Shown here: piece after piece, positions 1 to 8,774 of the stretch
Position numbering within the stretch: the stretch's first letter is position 1
How the letters are laid out: each line of letters opens with the position of its first letter
Origin: Halogeometricum borinquense DSM 11551
GTDB lineage: Archaea > Halobacteriota > Halobacteria > Halobacteriales > Haloferacaceae
Assembly: GCF_000172995.2 (NCBI RefSeq)
Contig: NC_014735.1
Coordinates: forward strand, 60,001-92,000
DNA length: 32,000 nt
Direction: 5' to 3'
Program-made: the position numbers and the translations under genes
Notes under the pieces: generated by a model
Seen by the model: only the letters and a program-made list of their open reading frames with translations
Databases searched by the model: none
What the model was told of the DNA's origin: nothing

Positions 1-34
1 TAAAGAATTACTATGAGACACTTGAAGGCCACGT

Positions 35-475
35 ATGGCCATGCGAATTACCTCCCGGGTTCGAAAGGTCGAACTCGCTCTCTCAGTCACGAGCCTCGTG
101 ACAATCGTCGTACTGTCGGCTATCCCTCCGATACACCTCTCTAGCCTATCAAGTACAGTGGTCGGCAGAGCAATCGCATTCGTAATCTGGATGGTGCCAC
201 TGGCACTCAGCGCTGTCGTGCTGTATCGAGTAAGAGCAAGCAAGCGGAGCAGGAGCACATACGTCATCGGGGGACTCAGTGTGCTAACGGCCGCCCTCAT
301 ACTGCTGGATACGCAAACGGTGATCGTTTCGGAAGGCTTCCTGACGCACAGCGGGACAGGGGCGTTCTCTCGGCCACTGATTGCAGTCGTCGCTGGGTCG
401 CTGCTTGCAACTGCGGTAGTGATCAAGGAGTTAGTCAGTCAGGCGGCCGACCAACAGTCAGCACAAACGTCGTAG
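35..475 (+). CDS. hypothetical integral membrane protein (about 4 TM helices)
   Basis: ATG-initiated 146-aa ORF with four hydrophobic stretches (LVTIVVLSAIPPI, IAFVIWMVPLALSAVVLY, VIGGLSVLTAALILL, LIAVVAGSLLATAVVI). No family recognised. Confidence 0.5.
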   Translation: MAMRITSRVRKVELALSVTSLVTIVVLSAIPPIHLSSLSSTVVGRAIAFVIWMVPLALSAVVLYRVRASKRSRSTYVIGGLSVLTAALILLDTQTVIVSEGFLTHSGTGAFSRPLIAVVAGSLLATAVVIKELVSQAADQQSAQTS

Positions 476-487
476 AAAGCGGAGTAG

Positions 488-883
488 CTACAGGTCGTGG
501 GTCTCGGTCTCCCCGTGAGCGGTGATACGGACTTCATCGACGGTGAAATTCGCGTCATCGAGTCCGTGAACGGTTCCGTCAACGTTCTTCGTCAGATCGA
601 ATTTAGTCCGAGACGGCACGTAGACGAGATACGCCGTCTGGTTATAGTTCATCGTAGAAAGTTCAGTGAAAGTCACGTACCCTCCATCGACGACTACTTT
701 TCCGCCCTTCGGGAGCGTTCCATCTTCCGGCGGAGTGATCGCAATGACGCGGGATTGCGAATCATTCACTGTGACCGACTCCATGGCGACATCGTATCGG
801 GCACCGGAATCAGTTGGGAGGGCACTACAACCGGAGAGAACGACGAAGGCGACTATCGCAAAGTGTAGTTTTCTCGATCCCAT
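488..883 (-). CDS. hypothetical secreted lipoprotein
   Basis: ORF 488..910. The internal ATG at 883 gives MGSRKLHFAIVAFVVLSGC, a signal peptide plus lipobox (LSGC). The mature part is hydrophilic and beta-rich. No family recognised. Confidence 0.55.
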   Translation of the reverse strand: MGSRKLHFAIVAFVVLSGCSALPTDSGARYDVAMESVTVNDSQSRVIAITPPEDGTLPKGGKVVVDGGYVTFTELSTMNYNQTAYLVYVPSRTKFDLTKNVDGTVHGLDDANFTVDEVRITAHGETETHDL

Positions 884-1660
884 TACCGTATCGTGTTCAG
901 AGAAGAACAAGTTCTTTATGGCATCTGTTCAGTCAAGTCTGGACGGAAAACGGCTACTGCCGGATACGTTTGCAGAGAGTATCGGTCAATATCAGAATGG
1001 GAGTCGAGACAGGAGACAGAGAGACTGTTCGGGTTGCATACGTCGGGTTCACGAAAGAGTACGCACCGGTTAGTATCAACGGAAACGCCACAGTAGATTA
1101 GCGGATATCGTCTGGTCACACACCCCAAATAAACTGACACTTTGTCCGAGAGACATCGAAATCATGCCGGGAGTTCAAACAAACAACACCGTCTAGCAGA
1201 AGCTCTTCCGGGAATGAAAATCGAAGGACAGAGACGCGAAGCGGATAGAGAAATCAAGTGTAGTGTATGAATGTGGTTCCGGAAAGATAGACGTGTGAGA
1301 AACCAGTATATAATATTACTATAACACCGATAGCGCTGTAATACTGAGGTCTTTGTGGGCTCTGAGAGCGCTGTTGAGCGTACAAAACGGCGTGTATCGG
1401 TGCAGAGAGAACGCGCCCCGAGGATTCCGGTTCTATTCAGAATCTACGAATAGGTAGCAACCAATACCTGTATCTTTCGGTTGTTTGGCTAGATATTCGA
1501 GCAGATGAAATCAAAGTGTCGAAAGAAGACTCCAGATAGATGATATGTGAGTTCGTGTCTGCATTCATTACAGACGGTACAGTGACGACGGACTCCGGAA
1601 ACGTGACCGCGAGACGAATAAAAGAAAGACCTTTTGTGTAATCCAATTGTCCTTTTCGGC

Positions 1661-2545
1661 ATGCAGTGGTCCCCACTTGCACGCAGCGAATGCCGAACAG
1701 TCCTCACCTCCAAAGGGGCATGGATACTTGCGGTTCTCATCGTCCTCAAGGGGTTTTCACCTACGTATACCGGATGGGGCGCGGTCGGGCAGAATATCAC
1801 CATCGGCTATATCCAAATCGGAGTCAGTCTGTTCCTCCCAATTGGTGTGCTGTTACTTACTTACCAGTCGCTTATTAGTGAACGAACGTCAGGGAGCATC
1901 AAATTCCTCCTCGCGTTACCGATAACACGTGCGCAACTCCTTTTTGGAAAGGTAGCCGGAAGGTTTGCGGCTATCGGCGCATCGATACTCGCGGCGATAC
2001 TCGCCCTCAGCGGTATCGGCCTCATCGAGCACGGCGGTTTCAGCGTACTCCAGTTCGTTGAAACCGTCCTCGCAACGCTGTTGCTCATCGGAGTGTTCGT
2101 CGTTCTCGGCATACTCGTCTCGACAGTCACTCAGCGGACCGTGACGGCCACGGCACTCGCGTTCGCGTACTTCCTTACGGATCTATTTTGGGATTCCATC
2201 GTCATGAAATTATACACCGCCGTCGCCGGTGTTCCAGTTGATCCGTACAACGCCCCGGCAAGCGGTCCGCTGTTCCTCGCGCTCAGACTCACGCCGGGTG
2301 GGGCGTACAACGTCCTAACAAACTGGATTCTCGGTGTCGGCAACTCCGCCGAACTGCTCACCACAGTTTACATCAAACTCAAACCGGGCACAGGTATCAA
2401 CGCCTTCGTCGTCGAAGCGGCGTTCGAAAGCGGAGCGGTCCCGTGGTACCTCCACCCCGCACTGAGTCTGGCAATCTTACTCGCTTGGCTGGTGGTTCCA
2501 CTGGTACTCGCTCGCCGTCTGTTCACCAGGGGTGACATCCTATGA
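1661..2545 (+). CDS. ABC-2 type transporter permease (NosY-like fold class)
   Basis: Multi-pass hydrophobic ORF. The track start at 1634 is TTG, so the ATG at 1661 is preferred. The stop overlaps the start of the downstream ATPase gene (ATGA at 2542-2545). Confidence 0.75.
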   Translation: MQWSPLARSECRTVLTSKGAWILAVLIVLKGFSPTYTGWGAVGQNITIGYIQIGVSLFLPIGVLLLTYQSLISERTSGSIKFLLALPITRAQLLFGKVAGRFAAIGASILAAILALSGIGLIEHGGFSVLQFVETVLATLLLIGVFVVLGILVSTVTQRTVTATALAFAYFLTDLFWDSIVMKLYTAVAGVPVDPYNAPASGPLFLALRLTPGGAYNVLTNWILGVGNSAELLTTVYIKLKPGTGINAFVVEAAFESGAVPWYLHPALSLAILLAWLVVPLVLARRLFTRGDIL

Positions 2546-3297
2546 GCGACCCGACACCGACAATCCAGACAGACGCGCTGACCAAGCAATACGGCGACAT
2601 CCGTGCCGTCGATAACCTCGACCTCACCGTCGAGAGTGGCGAGATTTACGGCTTCCTCGGGCCGAACGGGGCCGGGAAATCAACAACCATCGGGATGCTA
2701 CTCGATTACCTCCGTCCGACGTCGGGAACGATGCGTGTGTTCGGTCAAGATCCACAGACAGATGCCGTCAAGATTCACGAGCGGATCGGCGTGTTACCGG
2801 ACCGGTTCGGTCTCTACGAAGACCGCACTGCACGGCAGCACGTGAGGTTTATCACTGAAATGAAACAGTCGGACGACGACCCCGAGACGCTCCTCGAACG
2901 CGTCGGATTGAGTGACGCTATCGACGACGACACCAGTGAGTACTCACACGGCATGGAGCAGCGACTGGCCCTTGCGATGTCGCTTGTCGGAAATCCCGAC
3001 CTTCTCATTCTCGACGAACCGTTTAACGGACTTGACCCGCACGGGGTTCGACGCGTCCGCGAAATTGTCCACGAGGAGAACGAGCGCGGTGCAACCGTCT
3101 TCTTCTCCAGTCACGTACTCGGGCAAGTCGAAATCGTCTGTGACCGCATCGGAATCCTCCACGACGGCCAATTAGTCGCTGAGGGGAATGTCAGCGAACT
3201 CCAAGACGCTGCAGAGACGGACGACGATGCGACGATGGAAGACATGTTCGTTGAACTCACTGACGCTCGCGCGGCTATCGGTGGTGATTCACAATGA
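2542..3297 (+). CDS. ABC transporter ATP-binding protein
   Basis: Walker A GPNGAGKST, ABC signature YSHGMEQRLALA, Walker B LLILDEPFNGLD, H-loop SSHVL. ATGA overlap with both neighbouring genes. Confidence 0.9.
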   Translation: MSDPTPTIQTDALTKQYGDIRAVDNLDLTVESGEIYGFLGPNGAGKSTTIGMLLDYLRPTSGTMRVFGQDPQTDAVKIHERIGVLPDRFGLYEDRTARQHVRFITEMKQSDDDPETLLERVGLSDAIDDDTSEYSHGMEQRLALAMSLVGNPDLLILDEPFNGLDPHGVRRVREIVHEENERGATVFFSSHVLGQVEIVCDRIGILHDGQLVAEGNVSELQDAAETDDDATMEDMFVELTDARAAIGGDSQ

Positions 3298-3872
3298 AGC
3301 GCCGGGCGTTCTTGGCCGCGAGCACGCTGTCGATAGCCGGTATTAGTGGCTGTCTCGGTGATACCGAGTATCGAGTGACAGAGATGACGACGAAGGAACT
3401 GACAGGACCGCTCTCAGTATCAGTTGATCTCACAGCAGCAAACGCTGTTATCGAACACCCCGCCGAGTTCACGTTAACGATTGAGAACACCGGAAATGAT
3501 CCGGTTCGTATCCGGAGTTACTACGTGTGGCCGTTCGGCGTACTCGCGCTCGCCCAGTCACCGAATCCGGGCGAGGACAACAAATGGCTGCCGAGGTTAT
3601 TCTCGCCGTCGTACAAAACGAGCGACCGCGTGGAAGTCAAACCGAACGGGATGAGCCTGAGCAGTGAACCCCTCATACGAGCGCTCGAACCGGGTGAGAC
3701 AGTCACGAGACAGTACAAACTACACGGGGAAGACCTCTCAAGTGCGGGAACGTACTACACTGTCCCCAATTTCGATGGGAGAGGTTCAAGTTACACGACG
3801 GGCGACGATTGGACCCCACTAGACTACCACGCGAAACTGACGATCACGGAGAAAAAACGTCTGCCACTGTAG
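3294..3872 (+). CDS. Tat-exported lipoprotein, function unknown
   Basis: N-terminus MKRRAFLAASTLSIAGISGCLG has a twin-arginine motif plus lipobox (SGC). Translationally coupled to the ABC ATPase (ATGA at 3294-3297). The mature part looks beta-sandwich-like. No family recognised. Confidence 0.75.
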   Translation: MKRRAFLAASTLSIAGISGCLGDTEYRVTEMTTKELTGPLSVSVDLTAANAVIEHPAEFTLTIENTGNDPVRIRSYYVWPFGVLALAQSPNPGEDNKWLPRLFSPSYKTSDRVEVKPNGMSLSSEPLIRALEPGETVTRQYKLHGEDLSSAGTYYTVPNFDGRGSSYTTGDDWTPLDYHAKLTITEKKRLPL

Positions 3873-3914
3873 CCGACGGACGTATCCGGTCGGCCGGATT
3901 TCCACGAATGCAGA

Positions 3915-4889
3915 TCAGTCGCCGTGGTTCCGCGAGGAGCGAACTTCGCTCGTATCCGACTCTCTGAGACGGGCGACGGCATGCCGCATCGTCTCCCGAC
4001 TGATAAGGGTAAAGCCCGCGGCGACGGCGAGAAATCCGATAACGGTGGTTTCATCGAGTGTCTGATCGAAGAAAACCACCGAAACGAACGTCGCCGAGAG
4101 CGGTTCCAGATACGCCACGAGCGTCGTCTCCGTCGCTCCGACGCGGCGAACCAGTCGGAAGTAGAGGAGATAGCCACCGGCCCCAGCTATCAAAGTAATG
4201 TACAGAAGCGAACCGAGTGCGAGCGGGGAGAGCGACCGAAGCGCGGGGACGGCCTCACCGCGGGCGGCGGCACCGAAAAACAGCAGTCCCGCACCGACGA
4301 CCATCGCCCACCCCTGGAGAGATTCCGCCGGGAGTTCTTCGTCGAACAGTTGGATTGTAACGGATCCGACGGCGAACAGTGTCGTTCCGAGAAACACGAG
4401 TCCCACACCGATGGCTGTCGAGGACACCGACGCCGTTCCGACCGACGGCTGTGAGAGAACAAACACACCGGCGATGCCGACGAAGAATCCGATAATATCG
4501 AGGATACCGCGTGACTCCCCGAGGATAGGGACGGCGACGACCGCGGCGACGACCGGAGACATCGTCGTCACGACAGACGCAACCGCCCCGGAGACGTACG
4601 TTGTGCCCATATAGAGACCGGCCTGATATCCACCGAACATGAATCCGCCGATGACGGCGATGCCGAGCAGTTCACGCCACGTCTTCGGGAGCAGGCGGTC
4701 AGTGGTCGCGGCCGCGTAGGCGAGTACGATACAACCAGAGACGGCGTAGCGAATCCCCGCAGCGCCTAGCGGGGGTAACTGTTCGACGACGATGTCGATT
4801 GCCGGAAAGCCCGCACCCCAGAGAGCTCCGAGACCGACGATAGCGAGTCCGGCGGGCACACGGAACTGTTTTCGCGGTGTTGCAACCAT
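3915..4889 (-). CDS. DMT superfamily (EamA-like) transporter
   Basis: 324 aa, about 10 hydrophobic helices arranged as two similar halves. Gly/Ala-rich TM segments typical of EamA domains. Confidence 0.8.
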   Translation of the reverse strand: MVATPRKQFRVPAGLAIVGLGALWGAGFPAIDIVVEQLPPLGAAGIRYAVSGCIVLAYAAATTDRLLPKTWRELLGIAVIGGFMFGGYQAGLYMGTTYVSGAVASVVTTMSPVVAAVVAVPILGESRGILDIIGFFVGIAGVFVLSQPSVGTASVSSTAIGVGLVFLGTTLFAVGSVTIQLFDEELPAESLQGWAMVVGAGLLFFGAAARGEAVPALRSLSPLALGSLLYITLIAGAGGYLLYFRLVRRVGATETTLVAYLEPLSATFVSVVFFDQTLDETTVIGFLAVAAGFTLISRETMRHAVARLRESDTSEVRSSRNHGD

Positions 4890-5046
4890 CGTGATTCGAA
4901 TATCGATATTTTCTGCGTTGCTAATAATGGGACTCCCGCGGCAGTCTATCGAGTGGGTTCCGAGTTATCTGAAATAAGTTCGAAGAGGAACGGATATAGT
5001 CCTATATATTCGAAGTTATTACAGAACTTGGCAGTCATTAGCTGCT

Positions 5047-5532
5047 ATGGACGAAAAAGACGTGCAGATACTGAAATCGATGGAAGACCTCGAAACCACG
5101 AGTACAGAGGCGGTGAGCGACGCAACAGGGATTCCAATCTCCACGATTCACTATCGCCTCAACAAACTCCGCGAGACCGGCGTCATCAAAAACGACCGCT
5201 TGGATATCGACCTCGATAAACTCGGATTAGGGGTTACGATTCTCGTAGAAGTCTTCACGAAAGACGACCGGAACCACACCGAGAGCGGCCGAATAATTAG
5301 CGAGGTCGAAGGTGTGACCAAGGTCTTCTTCACGATGGGAAGTACTGATTTCATCGCGCTCGCCCGACTTCCCGACAGCGACAGCGTCGAACGACTCATC
5401 TCCGACTTCGAGGAACTCGATGCGGTCGCCCGGACCGACTCAACGTTCGTCATCGACCGCGAACTCGACAGCCACTACGCACTCCAACAGTACGCAGAAG
5501 AGACGCTCGTCGAGGAACTCATCGAGGAGTGA
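5047..5532 (+). CDS. Lrp/AsnC family transcriptional regulator
   Basis: N-terminal HTH (MDEKDVQILKSMEDLETTSTEAVSDATGIPISTIHYRLNKLRETGVI) followed by a RAM/ligand domain (LGVTILVEV...FIALARL). A TATA-like tatatatt sits at 5003-5010. Confidence 0.9.
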   Translation: MDEKDVQILKSMEDLETTSTEAVSDATGIPISTIHYRLNKLRETGVIKNDRLDIDLDKLGLGVTILVEVFTKDDRNHTESGRIISEVEGVTKVFFTMGSTDFIALARLPDSDSVERLISDFEELDAVARTDSTFVIDRELDSHYALQQYAEETLVEELIEE

Positions 5533-5567
5533 GATTCGTCCCCACCTGAAACAGACACCGTACGACA

Positions 5568-6230
5568 TCACTCACGGCGCAGTACAGCGTGAACCAATTT
5601 GGCTTCGGCCTTCTGAAGGTGCGTCGTCACAGTGTTCGGTGCGCAGTCGAGTTCGGCCGCGATTTCGGCGTGTGTCGTCCCCCGCGGTTGGTCGTAGTAG
5701 CCGTTCTCACGGGCAACCTCGATAACTTCTCGCTGACGGTCGGTCAACCCCCGAGACGGGTCTTCTACGGTCGAGGGAAACGGACCGATTTGTTCGACGG
5801 TGACGTGAACTTCGGGCGGCGTCTGTTCGATGGCCTCCTGAAGCGCAGTCGGTTCTCCGACGACGTTCCCGAACGACCGAGCGTCACGATAGACGAGCGG
5901 CTTACGAACGACGAGTCCTGCCCGCGCCGTCACAGCCATGAACGTGCTAAAGAACGGAATTGCCCTCGGAGATGCTTCGACAAGTGCATACGATGTCGGC
6001 TGATCCTGTGCCGACAGCGAAATACGCGTAATTCCATTGGTCTCGTCTGCGGCCTCTCGAAACTTCTCGGCGTCACCGTCAATCGCATAGAGGAGCGTGC
6101 CAACCTCGTCGGCGGCGACGTTCCAGTCGATAACTCGAAGCTCAGAAATCGACGATGACTCCGCGACCACAGCGTAGAACGGTGGAATCACTGACGGTTC
6201 AAGTCGGGTCGTAAGACGAAGATGCTTCAT
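5568..6230 (-). CDS. HTH_10 (bacterio-opsin activator-type) DNA-binding regulator
   Basis: C-terminal LTDRQREVIEVARENGYYDQPRGTTHAEIAAELDCAPNTVTTHLQKAEAKLV is the haloarchaeal HTH_10 signature. The internal ATG at 6230 (MKHLRLTT) is preferred over the track start at 6296. Confidence 0.8.
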   Translation of the reverse strand: MKHLRLTTRLEPSVIPPFYAVVAESSSISELRVIDWNVAADEVGTLLYAIDGDAEKFREAADETNGITRISLSAQDQPTSYALVEASPRAIPFFSTFMAVTARAGLVVRKPLVYRDARSFGNVVGEPTALQEAIEQTPPEVHVTVEQIGPFPSTVEDPSRGLTDRQREVIEVARENGYYDQPRGTTHAEIAAELDCAPNTVTTHLQKAEAKLVHAVLRRE

Positions 6231-6332
6231 CGGAGTTCCCCCACGTTTCTCGCTATCATTCTGCAACCAGTAATAAACCCACTGACCATACGTCACACAA
6301 CCTTCTCCGAACTGTCTCCGCTCGTACTATAT

Positions 6333-7808
6333 ATGACAAAAATGAGACCGGACGTGGTCGTCCACGATGCCCTCGTACTGACAGTTGATGACCGAAACCG
6401 GTTGTTCAAACGCGGTACCGTCATCGTCGAAGACGGAGAAATTACGGCGGTTCGGTCCGCACAGGACGGCGACGCGGACATCGAGGCCGAGCACACGATA
6501 GACGGTGCCGGAAAGCTGGTGTTGCCCGGTCTCATCAACGCACACACCCACCTCGAAGTGACACCTCTCATCGGCGCGTTCAGCGATCTCGACTTCGCGG
6601 AGATGATGGGAAGTATGACCGCTCTTTGCAACCAACTCGCAGGTGGGGAACTCGACTACCTCGCCAGTGCCGGATACGAACTCGCCGCACTCAACTTCCT
6701 CAATGGTGGCGTTACGACCACAAATTCGATGGACGTGCGCCCGAGTCTCGGTGCTGAGACGTTCGGTGAAGCGGGGCTTCGCGGCTTCTTCGGTCCGGCA
6801 ATCTCTGATCTCTTCTGGGATATTCCCGTTGAGGAGCAGTTCTCTCGCGCACGGTCATTTATCGAGACATATCACGACACGTACGACGGTCGAATTCGAG
6901 CGACGATCTGCCCGCACGACGACTGGTCGTGTACGCGAGAGTTGTGGGAGCGTACTGCAGAGTTTGCCGACGAATATCCCGGCTTGCTCGTCCACACGCA
7001 CTTGCTCGAACTCGAAGCGAGCAACAAGATGGCGCGGTCGAACGGAAGTGACGGCTCACTCGAACTCCTTGCAGAAGTTGGACTGTTGAACGACCGACTC
7101 CTCGGCGCGCACTACAGGATTGCCGACGAGGATGACATTCGGCGGACAGCAGAATCAGGCGTCTCCGTCGCTCACTGTCCGTCAATCTTCAGCTACTGGA
7201 ACCCCGATGGAGAGACGCAGTGGACGCCCGTCCCCGAACTCCGTGATGCGGGGGTCGATGTCGGGCTAGGAATCGATGACCACTACTGGCACGATTCGTA
7301 CAATATGTTCGGTGAAGCCAGACAAGCACGCCTTGCAGCCAACCTCAAACGGTCTGCGGGTCAGTTCTCCTCGATGGAACTCGTTCGGATGCTCACTATC
7401 GAAGGAGCGCGAGCACTCGGCATCGACGACGAAGTGGGCAGTCTCGAAGTCGGGAAGCGGGCAGATATGCTCGTCCTCGACGTGGACAAGCCGAAGTTCG
7501 TCCCACTGACGAACATTCCCGCCCACGTTGCGAACAACGCCACTCCTGCCGACGTGGAGACGGTCGTTATCGATGGGAACGTCGTCGTTCGGGATGGGGA
7601 GATTCAAACGATGGACGCCGATGCAGTGACAAAACGCGTCGAGCATGCCGTCGAACGATTCGAGGATGAGTCGGCGTGGAAGCTCGGTGTCGGAGGCGGT
7701 GATCCACCGAGTTCGAAGGAGATTCTCAGAAGGGTGCCGAAACGAGGGCCGAGCCAACTACTTGGCCGACTCGCGGTGCAGTCTCTCAAAGAGAGACTAC
7801 GGGTATAG
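6333..7808 (+). CDS. metal-dependent amidohydrolase (chlorohydrolase/deaminase-like)
   Basis: HxH motif INAHTHLE, second His VHTHLLE, and GLGIDD near the C-terminal Asp ligand region. The start is ambiguous (ATG 6333 or 6342). The track start at 6222 would overlap the divergent regulator gene. Confidence 0.85.
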   Translation: MTKMRPDVVVHDALVLTVDDRNRLFKRGTVIVEDGEITAVRSAQDGDADIEAEHTIDGAGKLVLPGLINAHTHLEVTPLIGAFSDLDFAEMMGSMTALCNQLAGGELDYLASAGYELAALNFLNGGVTTTNSMDVRPSLGAETFGEAGLRGFFGPAISDLFWDIPVEEQFSRARSFIETYHDTYDGRIRATICPHDDWSCTRELWERTAEFADEYPGLLVHTHLLELEASNKMARSNGSDGSLELLAEVGLLNDRLLGAHYRIADEDDIRRTAESGVSVAHCPSIFSYWNPDGETQWTPVPELRDAGVDVGLGIDDHYWHDSYNMFGEARQARLAANLKRSAGQFSSMELVRMLTIEGARALGIDDEVGSLEVGKRADMLVLDVDKPKFVPLTNIPAHVANNATPADVETVVIDGNVVVRDGEIQTMDADAVTKRVEHAVERFEDESAWKLGVGGGDPPSSKEILRRVPKRGPSQLLGRLAVQSLKERLRV

Positions 7809-7864
7809 CGTACGCTGTGCCCCGAATCTTTTCGTTCGTCGGACGTGCCATCTCCCGAAGCGTC

Positions 7865-8551
7865 TCAGAGAGAAGGCTGCTCGACGTTGCGTTCCCAGAA
7901 CGCATCGCGCTCGTACTTCGAGTACGTCGCCTCGTACCCGAGCGCGTTCGCAATCGGGGCAACAACTTTCGCAAGTGGTTTTGTAACGGCGGGCGGGGGG
8001 GACGTGAAGACGGTATCGTCTGCGAGTGCCGCCGCCATCGCCATTCCCTGGAAGAATCCCGGCGACCCATCCTCGTCGAGTTTCCCGTCGTGTGCCAACC
8101 CGAACTGTGTCGAGACCACCGTGAACGTCTGGGCTGCCGGACGCACTGTCGTGAGAGCAACACCGATGGAGTCACCGACAGCTTCGAGGCTGTGAGCTGT
8201 CTCCGGCGGGACCGAAATCTCATCGCCGCGTGAGAGATGGTGTGACTCGCCCTCCATTTCGACAACGAACTCGCCACGAATCACCTCAAACGACTCCTCG
8301 TAGCCGACATGATAGTGTGGTGGTGGACCCTCACCGTTCGCCCTAAAGATGCCGAGACCGGTTTCGTACTCGCCACCAGTTTCGGTAGCCGTTTCGAGAC
8401 CGACAGTCCAGTCTTCCGTGACAGGGTTCGAGAGAAGCGGTGTCGTTCGTTGTCGAAGCCGTTCGGCGACAGGCCCCTCCACATCGACCTCGAAACCGGA
8501 ACCTTCGATCGGCTGACCGTCATCGTCGAGACACCGACCCGTCGTGACCAT
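7865..8551 (-). CDS. cupin domain protein
   Basis: Cupin motif 1 PPHYHVGYEESFEVIRG and motif 2 GDEISVPPETAHS. The track start at 8593 is TTG, so the ATG at 8551 is preferred. Confidence 0.7.
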   Translation of the reverse strand: MVTTGRCLDDDGQPIEGSGFEVDVEGPVAERLRQRTTPLLSNPVTEDWTVGLETATETGGEYETGLGIFRANGEGPPPHYHVGYEESFEVIRGEFVVEMEGESHHLSRGDEISVPPETAHSLEAVGDSIGVALTTVRPAAQTFTVVSTQFGLAHDGKLDEDGSPGFFQGMAMAAALADDTVFTSPPPAVTKPLAKVVAPIANALGYEATYSKYERDAFWERNVEQPSL

Positions 8552-8774
8552 GCTCCCGACAAATACAGCCACCGTGAAAAATAGACAGGTCAAACAATTT
8601 GCAGTATATACGATGACACAATTTTTCGATAATCAATCAATAAGTGGTAGTCATCTCGCCTGTGATTCGAAGGCGGTTGTCAGCCATCGGACGGCGAGGC
8701 CGATTCTTACGAACTGGGAAGTTACATTCGTCTACTAAATGATCGCCCGATGACGTTCAGTTGTGGTGAGTTCA

